Assembly: GCA_937924895.1 (NCBI GenBank)
Contig: CALEYP010000003.1
Location: 811-64,810 of the forward strand
Direction: 5' to 3'
DNA: 64,000 bases
Source: an uncultured Alphaproteobacteria bacterium
GTDB lineage: Bacteria > Pseudomonadota > Alphaproteobacteria > Puniceispirillales > Puniceispirillaceae
The position numbers and the translations under genes are program-made. The notes below the pieces were generated by a model. The model was given only the letters and a program-made list of their open reading frames with translations. It searched no databases and was not told where the DNA came from. This document shows positions 1-7,693 of the stretch, one piece after another (position 1 is the first letter of the stretch; each line of letters begins with the position of its first letter).

Positions 1-29
1 CCCCGTCAGTCATCTGACGGGGTTTTTTT
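1..29 (+). terminator. Rho-independent terminator of an off-window upstream + strand gene
   Basis: CCCCGTCAG-tcat-CTGACGGGG perfect 9-bp stem followed by a T7 run. Confidence 0.8.
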
Positions 30-69
30 ATCTTTTTTATAAATTTGAAAATATGTGAGGGAGCTGAAG

Positions 70-603
70 ATGGCGTTTGATGTTCGTATTTCAGGAGAAC
101 ATGCCAGAGTGATTCTATCTGGTGATGTTGATTTGCAGACGACCTCTGATTTGAAAACTGAAATTACAAAGATCTCAGGCGTATCACAGCTCGAAATTGA
201 TGCGTCTTCAGTGACTTATATCGATTCATCTGGTGTGGCAGTCTTATTGATGGCGCGCCAATTCTGTGCCCAGCAAAATATCGCTTTATCATTACCATCA
301 ATTTCAGCCGCCGTGCATCGGGTACTTGAGATCGCTAAATTAGATAAGATTTTGCCGATTGGTCAGGTTGTTAATTCTGCTGATTCGGGATTGAGCAGCA
401 TGGGTATTGGCCAAGCAGAAGCTGATGCGCCTGTGGTATCAGATGATGATTTAGCCGCCGAACTTCTTGGCGGCGTAGAGCCAGCAGCCCCTGCTGCACC
501 AGCCGCAGCGCCCGCGGCGCCGGCGGCACCCTCATCAGGTAGTGATGATTCGAACGGTAGTGGCGGTGGTGGCGGTGGCTTCACGCCTGGAAGCTTCGGC
601 TAA
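70..603 (+). CDS. STAS-domain anti-sigma-factor-antagonist-like protein (RsbV/SpoIIAA family) with low-complexity Ala-Pro/Gly tail
   Basis: STAS pattern with phospho-acceptor motif YIDSSGVAVLL. GGGAG Shine-Dalgarno (SD) 6 nt before ATG 70; the track start at 55 is GTG. The C-terminal ~70 aa are AP repeats plus a Gly6 run. Confidence 0.8.
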   Translation: MAFDVRISGEHARVILSGDVDLQTTSDLKTEITKISGVSQLEIDASSVTYIDSSGVAVLLMARQFCAQQNIALSLPSISAAVHRVLEIAKLDKILPIGQVVNSADSGLSSMGIGQAEADAPVVSDDDLAAELLGGVEPAAPAAPAAAPAAPAAPSSGSDDSNGSGGGGGGFTPGSFG

Positions 604-659
604 GCCTTACAACTCTGCCATCATACCACTTTCTAGTGGTTTATGAGGGATTGCCGTCA

Positions 660-1925
660 ATGAGCTATGACATTCCAACCTTGAATCATTTAGATCTGCT
701 GAGCGGTTTAATGCGTCGCTTTGCTGAGACTGGTGATGCCGTCGCTGGTTTGCAATGGGCGCTTCCTTACGTGTTGGAAACATTATCAGCAGAAGCCGGC
801 TCTCTGTTTCTTCACCGTCCTGACGAGGCTGTGCTTGAATGTGCGGTATGTGTCGGGCCTGTTGATGTCACAGGGTTGAAAGTTCCTCAGGATAAGGGGT
901 TGGTCGGCCGGGCCTTCACCGAAGGCAAGGGCGAACTTGTGGCAGACGCCACCAAAGATAAGGCGCATTATAAAGCCGCTGATTCAGGCTCTGGTTTTCA
1001 AACACTTTCTACAGCGACAGCGCCGGTGAAATCAAAGGAAAAAACCTTTGGTGCGATTCAGGCCATTAATCGGCGTGACGGTGATGAGATTGGCAACTTC
1101 GCCCCTGAAGATTTGCAGCTATTAGAGGCGCTCGCTGAGATATTGGCCCTTGCACTATCAAATGTTGAATTGACGCAGCAAGCGATCTCAGACCAATTGC
1201 TGCAACGTGATTTGGCGCAGGCAGAAGAAGCACAAGCATCCCTGATGCCAACACCTGATAAAGAAGGGTTTGCCGCTGGACATGTGATTCCAGCCCGTCA
1301 GCTATCTGGTGATTTTTTTGATCATATGCGTGTCGGAAACAGGCTTGCTTTCTGCCAAGGTGATGTCGCGGGTAAGGGAATTACTGCCTCGCTGATGATG
1401 GCCCGCTCTATTGCGCTATTCCGCCGGCTTGCGCGTCAAGAATTTAGCGCGGCAGATATGGCTGATACCATTAATTATGAATTTCTTGATGTAGCGTCAG
1501 ATAAATTTGTCACTTTTGCTGTTGGGTGGCTTGATTGTGAAACTGGCGCTGTTGAATTTGTAAATTGTGGTCATGGCGCTGCTGTGATCATCCCGATGGA
1601 TGCTGATGAGGTCACAACCATTGAATCTCAGACAATTCCGCTCGGTCTTGCCCCATATGATAAAGCAGAATTATCTCCACATCACTTCAATCTGACACGG
1701 GCTCATCTATTCCTCACAACTGATGGAATCACGGAGGCTGAGTTTAAGGGGCGTGAAATTGGATTAGGTGGTCTTGCGTCATTATCACGTCGTCTGGGCG
1801 GCGATTCCGCGCAAGATAAAGTAAGTGGTATCATGTCATTATTTGAAACAGGCAAGCTGACCACCCATGACGATGCAACCATTCTCGTGGTTACAAAACC
1901 AGAGGCAAAAGGGGAAGCCGCATGA
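660..1925 (+). CDS. GAF-domain PP2C/SpoIIE-family serine phosphatase (RsbU/RsbP-like)
   Basis: N-terminal GAF-like region. PP2C/SpoIIE motifs SGDFFD, GDVAGKG, TDGITEA, HDDATILVV. GAGGGA SD before ATG 660. Confidence 0.85.
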   Translation: MSYDIPTLNHLDLLSGLMRRFAETGDAVAGLQWALPYVLETLSAEAGSLFLHRPDEAVLECAVCVGPVDVTGLKVPQDKGLVGRAFTEGKGELVADATKDKAHYKAADSGSGFQTLSTATAPVKSKEKTFGAIQAINRRDGDEIGNFAPEDLQLLEALAEILALALSNVELTQQAISDQLLQRDLAQAEEAQASLMPTPDKEGFAAGHVIPARQLSGDFFDHMRVGNRLAFCQGDVAGKGITASLMMARSIALFRRLARQEFSAADMADTINYEFLDVASDKFVTFAVGWLDCETGAVEFVNCGHGAAVIIPMDADEVTTIESQTIPLGLAPYDKAELSPHHFNLTRAHLFLTTDGITEAEFKGREIGLGGLASLSRRLGGDSAQDKVSGIMSLFETGKLTTHDDATILVVTKPEAKGEAA

Positions 1926-2320
1926 GTGATGCCGGACGGTTTACCTTCCCTGCCGTAGCCGAGAGTCTGTCAACGGCACGCTCAACGGTACGCGGTGTGC
2001 TCACAGCGCATAATCATGCTAGCCGTGAATTAGATATCAATATTGCAGTGGGTGAAATTTTACAGAATGTAGTGCGCTATGGCTTTGAAGGCGGAGACCC
2101 TGCCGGTGAATTCATCATGGAATTCACCTTTGAAGCTGACCGTTTGCGTATCACCATTACAGATAACGCACCACCATCAGACCCAGAAGCATGGTCAGCG
2201 GAGCATCGCAAGCCCGAAGAGGGCGGTCATGGCTTAACATTGGTGACGGCGATTGCGCATCAGGTGTCATTCAAAATGCTTGAAAATGGGAATCAGGCAA
2301 AGCTAGAGTTTTTGCTGTAG
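1922..2320 (+). CDS. Anti-sigma-factor-type serine protein kinase (RsbW/SpoIIAB-like HATPase)
   Basis: ATGA start/stop overlap with the phosphatase gene. Bergerat-fold motifs EILQNVVRYG (N box), ITITDN, GGHGLTLV. 132 aa, typical size. Confidence 0.75.
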   Translation: MSDAGRFTFPAVAESLSTARSTVRGVLTAHNHASRELDINIAVGEILQNVVRYGFEGGDPAGEFIMEFTFEADRLRITITDNAPPSDPEAWSAEHRKPEEGGHGLTLVTAIAHQVSFKMLENGNQAKLEFLL

Positions 2321-2339
2321 GTGAGGGGACGCAGAAGAG

Positions 2340-3101
2340 ATGACTAGCGCTGGCACTCCTTCATCCCTCCCACATCGCTCTTATGTAAGCCGCAGGTGGC
2401 CAACATCTCTGTTATCGGTACCACATCAGCTTAGCCCTATATGGCGGCGTCTATCACTCATGCAGGCGATGAAGTGGGCAGGCCTATCATCATCATCGTC
2501 TCTGCGCCGGTCTGGATTGCCATCTGAGGCTATCAGACAAATATGTCTGTGGCATGACCGCCGCAATCATGCCAACCCCTATCATAATAAGGCACATACA
2601 GCACAGGTCATTTGTGCCGCTGGCCTGCTGGCTGATCAAGCCGGCATTGGGCGCCAAGAGCGTGATGTACTGCTTGTGGCGGCGCTTATTCATGATTTTA
2701 AACATTTGGGCAGGTGGCGGAGCCGTGCCCCGTATTGGCAGGAACAGGTCTCTGTGACGAAGGCATTTGCGCTGTTGATGAAGGCCGGGATAGATCGACG
2801 TCTGCTGCCTAAACTGACAGATATGGTGCTTGCCACCTCACCGGCCCATGACAGGGTCGTTTCGCCTCGGTCAGATGAAGTTGGTGCACTCTTGCTTGAT
2901 GCCGATCTCTTTGCCTCTTTATTCCTGCCAGAGCCGCTTGTACGTCGCCTCACAGCTACAGTGAAATTTGAAGACCGGCTTGCGCTGTCACTAGATGATA
3001 TGCTGACCTATTTCCTAGACAAATGTCGTGCCCATGGTTTTGCTAGCCATGCTGGTGCAGCCTTATATGCCGCTCTACCGCCAGCGCAGCGTGTTCTGTG
3101 A
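2340..3101 (+). CDS. HD-superfamily metal-dependent phosphohydrolase with class-I-phosphodiesterase-like motifs
   Basis: PYHNKAHTAQV ... ERDVLLVAALIHDFKHLG (H ... HD ... H metal ligands). Start uncertain: 2340 or ATG 2460, because the N-terminal 40 aa look non-globular. Confidence 0.6.
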   Translation: MTSAGTPSSLPHRSYVSRRWPTSLLSVPHQLSPIWRRLSLMQAMKWAGLSSSSSLRRSGLPSEAIRQICLWHDRRNHANPYHNKAHTAQVICAAGLLADQAGIGRQERDVLLVAALIHDFKHLGRWRSRAPYWQEQVSVTKAFALLMKAGIDRRLLPKLTDMVLATSPAHDRVVSPRSDEVGALLLDADLFASLFLPEPLVRRLTATVKFEDRLALSLDDMLTYFLDKCRAHGFASHAGAALYAALPPAQRVL

Positions 3102-3109
3102 GGGCCGAT

Positions 3110-3349
3110 ATGACGCGAACATTTTGCAAAGATTGTATTTATTGGGACGAGATGCCACATCAGTCCCAAACAAAAAGCAAAGAAGGGCGTTGCCGCAGAC
3201 ATGCGCCAACACCTGCTGCAGAAGATATCGCCTCAGATATGGGGACAATCTGGCCAGCGACGTTTGACGATGATTGGTGCGGAGAAGCGGTCGGCATTGC
3301 GGCGCTCGCTCAGGATATTATCCTGAACGAGCTTGATGAGATTGATTAA
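3110..3349 (+). CDS. Small hypothetical 4-Cys protein (79 aa)
   Basis: GAGGG SD 5 nt before ATG 3110, overlapping the HD gene stop. Cys pattern CKDC ... RCRRH ... DWCGE. No recognisable family from sequence alone. Confidence 0.45.
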   Translation: MTRTFCKDCIYWDEMPHQSQTKSKEGRCRRHAPTPAAEDIASDMGTIWPATFDDDWCGEAVGIAALAQDIILNELDEID

Positions 3350-3963
3350 AGCGCTTGCCGGATATCGGCAGCAAGGCGCGTAATCACATCAGCCAAGGCA
3401 TCTTGCATCGCGAGAACAGCCGCGTCATAGCCCGCGCCGCGAACCCCTGTTTGTCCCTGATAAGTCTCAACCAGGAGAATATCACCAGATTTGTTCTTCA
3501 GCACAGCTTCAATATCAATAGCCGCCGCTTCATCAGGCATAATAACAAGCTTTGTGACTGTTAATTTTAGGCGAAAATCATTCGTGTCGAGTGTCTCAGA
3601 CGTGCCGATGGTCGCATCACCGCTTGCATCTGACAGCGCGTCCACAATCGCGCGTTGAAGCAAAGTTGACGGGGCAACATGCCATAAATGGCCGCGCACC
3701 TCTTCATAATGGACAGGCGCATCACCTGCCTGGATGACCAGAGGGCGGCCAGATTGCAATCCCTTCACCGTAATAGAATCAACACGAATGGAGGCATTTG
3801 AGCCAAACATGAAAGAGCCAATGCGGGGCTGCAAATCATAATATTTATCAGCCACCCGTGCCGGAGCTGCCGCGCAAGCTGCGAGGAATAAGCTCGCACA
3901 AATAGCCATGAAAGGCGCCCATTTCACAGACATATGAGTGAAATCATTCTTATGAGCTGTCAT
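3346..3963 (-). CDS. ABC-transport auxiliary lipoprotein (PqiC/DUF330-like) of the MCE system
   Basis: Signal peptide ending in lipobox LFLAAC. AAGGAG SD. Lies immediately downstream of the MCE gene. Confidence 0.65.
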   Translation of the reverse strand: MTAHKNDFTHMSVKWAPFMAICASLFLAACAAAPARVADKYYDLQPRIGSFMFGSNASIRVDSITVKGLQSGRPLVIQAGDAPVHYEEVRGHLWHVAPSTLLQRAIVDALSDASGDATIGTSETLDTNDFRLKLTVTKLVIMPDEAAAIDIEAVLKNKSGDILLVETYQGQTGVRGAGYDAAVLAMQDALADVITRLAADIRQAL

Positions 3964-3975
3964 CCTAATATCTCC

Positions 3976-5109
3976 TTAATTCGAGCCTCTGATGATGATG
4001 GACGGATCATCGCGAAGACGGGCTGTCATTTCCTCAATGTTGAGCGCAGCGCTCTCAAGCTTCTGTAAGAAGGCGTCTATTCTATCTTCCGAAATGTCTG
4101 AGAGGTTGGCGGCATTATCGGTTGCCACCATGACTGACTCGCTTGCAACCTCTAGGTTGGCACGGATAATTTCAACATCATCAATGAGTTTCATGATTTT
4201 ATTTTGGACATCACCGCTAGCGAAGGCGCCAACCGCATCTGTTGAGGCAAGGGCCGATTTTGTAATTGCCTCTAATGTTGCGGCTGAATTATCGATACGT
4301 CCTAGAATCTGGTCGACGTCTCTTAGCCAGCTTTCGCTGAGAGACTGGCTAACCTCTGTTACCGCAGTTCCCGCTTCGGTGCTTGCTTGTTTCAGGGAGA
4401 GGCTCGCAGCATTAATGTTATCAGCTGCCGCCATCACGTTATTCAACGCCTCATCAACTTTTGATTTTGTCTCATCACCAGCCATAGAGACAACTGATTG
4501 TGAGGCTTGCTCAAGATTATTAGCTGTCCGGCCGACTGTTTCAATGATTTGAGGCACACCGTCATTCACACTCTTTGTGAGGTTTGTTAGGCCTGCCAGC
4601 GCCTCACGAGCATCTTCTTGTAGCAAATCATCAACAGTCTCAAGCAGAGGCACAAGGCTGGTGCTCGCAATTTGGGCAAATTGGTCGGCCGTCCGGCCTA
4701 ATTCAGCCATCAGATTTGTTGCTGGGCGAGAGGGAATTAGAGAATCTGGCGCAAGCGCGGTCCCTGTTCCGGCTTCAATTTGAATGGATTGTGCTGACAG
4801 GAGTGACAGCGCAGCAATCTCTGCCATAGAATCCTGCGGAATGGCCCACCCTTGGCTGACTTCTAAGTCAATGCGGAAGGTCATGCCTGTATCTGTGGCT
4901 TCTGGCGTAATATCTTCAACAGCACCAATAATATAGCCTTCATAGACCACAGCAGCACCAGGGCGAAGCCCCGCCACATTTGTGAAGTAGGTGTGATAGC
5001 TATCCGTGCGTTCAAACTGGCCTCTCACAATGATGAACATTGCAATGATAGTGACCAAGCCAATAACAACAAATAAGCCAGCTGCAAAATCAGATGATTT
5101 GAGTTTCAT
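3976..5109 (-). CDS. MCE/MlaD-family substrate-binding protein with long helical C-terminal extension
   Basis: N-terminal TM helix FAAGLFVVIGLVTIIAMFII, then an MCE domain (FTNVAGLRPGAAVVYEGYIIGAV), then ~250 aa rich in Ala/Ser/Leu that is probably helical. Confidence 0.8.
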   Translation of the reverse strand: MKLKSSDFAAGLFVVIGLVTIIAMFIIVRGQFERTDSYHTYFTNVAGLRPGAAVVYEGYIIGAVEDITPEATDTGMTFRIDLEVSQGWAIPQDSMAEIAALSLLSAQSIQIEAGTGTALAPDSLIPSRPATNLMAELGRTADQFAQIASTSLVPLLETVDDLLQEDAREALAGLTNLTKSVNDGVPQIIETVGRTANNLEQASQSVVSMAGDETKSKVDEALNNVMAAADNINAASLSLKQASTEAGTAVTEVSQSLSESWLRDVDQILGRIDNSAATLEAITKSALASTDAVGAFASGDVQNKIMKLIDDVEIIRANLEVASESVMVATDNAANLSDISEDRIDAFLQKLESAALNIEEMTARLRDDPSIIIRGSN

Positions 5110-5124
5110 GATAGGCTCCCACTC

Positions 5125-5931
5125 TTAATCTTCACCAAATAGGCGTTTGAGATGCGCCTCTGGGTCAAATTCTTCTTCTTCCGCTACACGGTTAATCAGG
5201 TTTTGAATACGTTGGCTTGGGCTCGCTTTCAGCTCTGCCACTGTGCCTGTAAAAATAATATAGCCGCGGTCTAGCACAACAATGCGGTCGGCGATCTTAA
5301 AGGCAGATTCTAATTCATGCGTCACAACGACGACTGACATGCCCAACGTTTCTTTTAACTTAATGATCAAATCATCAAGGGCCGCCGCAATCACAGGATC
5401 AAGACCAGCAGATGGTTCATCCATAAAGGTAAGGCGCGGATCAAGGGCAATGGCACGCGCGACGGCGGCTCGTTTCAGCATCCCGCCAGATAATTCAGAT
5501 GGCAGTAAATCTTCTTTACCCAAAAGGCCGACGAAATCTAATTTCATCCGCACAATGAGATCAATGGTCGCTTCATCCAAATCTGTATGTTCAATGAGAG
5601 GAAGCGCCACATTCTGCGCAACTGTCATGGATGATAAGAGTGCGCCTGATTGGAACGCTACGCCAATCCCTTTCAATAATTTCAGTCGTTCAAATTCATC
5701 AACATGGTACAGAGATTGACCAAAAAGTTCGACATCGCCCTGCATCGGCTCTTTCAACCCAATCAAATGGCGCAAGAAGGTCGACTTTCCAGAGCCAGAA
5801 CCTCCCATGATGACAACAATTTCTCCAGCCTGAATCTCCATAGAACAATCATGGATAACGGCTTGGCCATGATAGCCGCCTTGCAAAGATTTCACATTAA
5901 TGGGGGGGGCTTGTCGGTCTGGTACGCTCAT
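5125..5931 (-). CDS. mlaF: MlaF-like ABC transporter ATP-binding protein
   Basis: Walker A GGSGSGKST, signature LSGGMLKR, Walker B LTFMDEP. Start set at ATG 5931 (GGAG SD), which removes the track overlap with the permease. Confidence 0.85.
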   Translation of the reverse strand: MSVPDRQAPPINVKSLQGGYHGQAVIHDCSMEIQAGEIVVIMGGSGSGKSTFLRHLIGLKEPMQGDVELFGQSLYHVDEFERLKLLKGIGVAFQSGALLSSMTVAQNVALPLIEHTDLDEATIDLIVRMKLDFVGLLGKEDLLPSELSGGMLKRAAVARAIALDPRLTFMDEPSAGLDPVIAAALDDLIIKLKETLGMSVVVVTHELESAFKIADRIVVLDRGYIIFTGTVAELKASPSQRIQNLINRVAEEEEFDPEAHLKRLFGED

Positions 5932-5941
5932 CTCTTCGCTC

Positions 5942-6736
5942 CTAAAGTAACAAGGCAAAGGCCGCATCTGCTGCGATGATGGCAGAGATACACGAGACCA
6001 CAGATGAGGTTGTTGCTTTCCCCAATATATCGGCACCGCCAGAGACACGCATGCCGATGGCAATTGAGATGGCGCCAATCAGAATGGCAAAAACAAGACT
6101 CTTGGAGAAGCTATGATACAGATCTTCTAGTGCTACAACAGCGAGGATATCCGCCCAGTAGGCTTGTGGGCCTATCCCAAGAGAAGCGTCAATATAAAGC
6201 CCTGCTGCACCGAAAGCTGCGATATTGGCAATCGCGACTAAAATAGGTAAGCAAATGATGAGCGCCAAAAAAGAGGGGGCCACAACAAACCGCATTGGCG
6301 AGATCCCCATCACGGTTAGCGCATCAATTTCACCATTTAAGCGCATAGAGCCCACGCGGCTTGTTAATTGTGACCCAGAGCGTCCTGCCACCAAAATGCC
6401 TGTGATGAGCGGGGCAAATTCACGTGGGATAGATAAAGCCAGGCCAAATGTGACTTGCGTCTCAGCGCCAAAAATGCGCAAAGAATGGATGCCTTGAATA
6501 GCTAGCATCACACCAATCATGGCTGACATCAAAATCACAATCGGCAAAGCGTCAATGCCTGCGGTATTAATCTCCGCAACGAGATGACGTAGTCTTGTTG
6601 GTTGAGCTTTTGCACGGCCACGCACCAAAATAAATAGTGCAGCCATTATGGTCTTTGACGTGAAGCCAATAAAGGCAATGCTATGATTAAGCTTTGCGCC
6701 TATATGGCTTATTGATTGCACTATGTGGTCACGCAT
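5942..6736 (-). CDS. mlaE: MlaE-like ABC transporter permease
   Basis: Polytopic membrane protein directly upstream of the ATPase. GGAGG before ATG 6736; the alternative ATG is at 6751. Confidence 0.8.
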   Translation of the reverse strand: MRDHIVQSISHIGAKLNHSIAFIGFTSKTIMAALFILVRGRAKAQPTRLRHLVAEINTAGIDALPIVILMSAMIGVMLAIQGIHSLRIFGAETQVTFGLALSIPREFAPLITGILVAGRSGSQLTSRVGSMRLNGEIDALTVMGISPMRFVVAPSFLALIICLPILVAIANIAAFGAAGLYIDASLGIGPQAYWADILAVVALEDLYHSFSKSLVFAILIGAISIAIGMRVSGGADILGKATTSSVVSCISAIIAADAAFALLL

Positions 6737-6935
6737 GACCCCTCCGCCCATGTGAAGGGCCTATGCCCTTCATTTGCTGAATGAATTTTCCCTAATTTAG
6801 ACAGTTACATGGTGGCTGTCATCTATTCTTTCATATCAACCTTAAATCCCTCTTTTTATGCTAAAATTTTAGAATTACATGTGACTAATGAAGCGAAGTG
6901 TGTCAGTGTCTTAGCACGATAAGGGAGGCGAACTC

Positions 6936-7655
6936 ATGCAAATGGGTGGACAAGCGATTTTTTTAGCAAATATCAAGGGTGGTGTTGGGAAGTCTACACT
7001 GACAGCCTTTTTGACTGATTATTTCAAATCGACCTATTCAGATTTAAAGGTGAGCTTGCTTGATACTGACCCGCAAGGTTCCGCGATTGAATTATTAGGC
7101 GCAAGCAATGCTGTGAATCTGGCGCGCCATATTCCCATTGGCGACCGCTATGATGGGGTAAATGCTGTTACCTTAGATGGCGTGTATCGGCGCCTGATTT
7201 CGGATAATTCAACACTCACTGTCGTTGATACGGCAGGGGGCGGGCTAGGTAATATTTGGCAATTAGTGATGCTATCGCAATGCGTTTTGGTACCAACTTC
7301 CCTGTCATGGGCCGATTTGCGTCCGACCATTGATTTTATCACGGATCTCAGCGAACGCAAAGAAAGTGCAGGTCTGGTAGCGCCTCACGTTATTCTGGTG
7401 CCAAACCGTATTTCGCCACAACAGCGTAATCTTCAGATGCTAACTGATGCGATCGGTGACATGGATGTGATTTTGGCGCCGCCTATTTCTGATCTCTCTA
7501 TTGTGCGTGCCCAAGCGGCAGGCTTTACTGGATTAGAGGGGGTTAAAGGCACAAGGTTCCATGATGAATTAACCCGTCTTGGTAAATTCATCACAGACTA
7601 TGTCTTGTCAGGCAAATTGGATAGTATTTATGCCGATGAGGAAGAGGACGACTAA
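6936..7655 (+). CDS. Orphan ParA/MinD-family P-loop ATPase
   Basis: Deviant Walker A IKGGVGKST, then LDTDPQGS. AAGGGAGG SD. No ParB-like or adaptor gene adjacent. Confidence 0.7.
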   Translation: MQMGGQAIFLANIKGGVGKSTLTAFLTDYFKSTYSDLKVSLLDTDPQGSAIELLGASNAVNLARHIPIGDRYDGVNAVTLDGVYRRLISDNSTLTVVDTAGGGLGNIWQLVMLSQCVLVPTSLSWADLRPTIDFITDLSERKESAGLVAPHVILVPNRISPQQRNLQMLTDAIGDMDVILAPPISDLSIVRAQAAGFTGLEGVKGTRFHDELTRLGKFITDYVLSGKLDSIYADEEEDD

Positions 7656-7693
7656 GCCTTGAGGCCTTGCCGCCTGTCCAGTCTTAGCGAGGC

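Noticed and set aside
3992-4552. Long antisense or alternative-frame ORFs inside real genes: 3992-4552, 17405-17869, 24384-24905, 47918-48424, 50648-51205, 60760-61215, 5282-5719 and others
   Set aside because: Each lies entirely within a well-supported gene on the opposite strand or in another frame. Their translations are low-complexity Ser/Ala/Arg-rich sequences typical of shadow ORFs, and none has an SD or a recognisable domain.
5932-6078. N-terminal extensions in the ORF track, for example mlaF to 6078, nadK to 22838, ald from 10987, selO from 8871, icd to 49732 and alaS from 45735
   Set aside because: The extensions overlap neighbouring genes or promoters, lack SD sequences and are absent from homologues. 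Internal ATG or GTG codons with good SDs give canonical N-termini.
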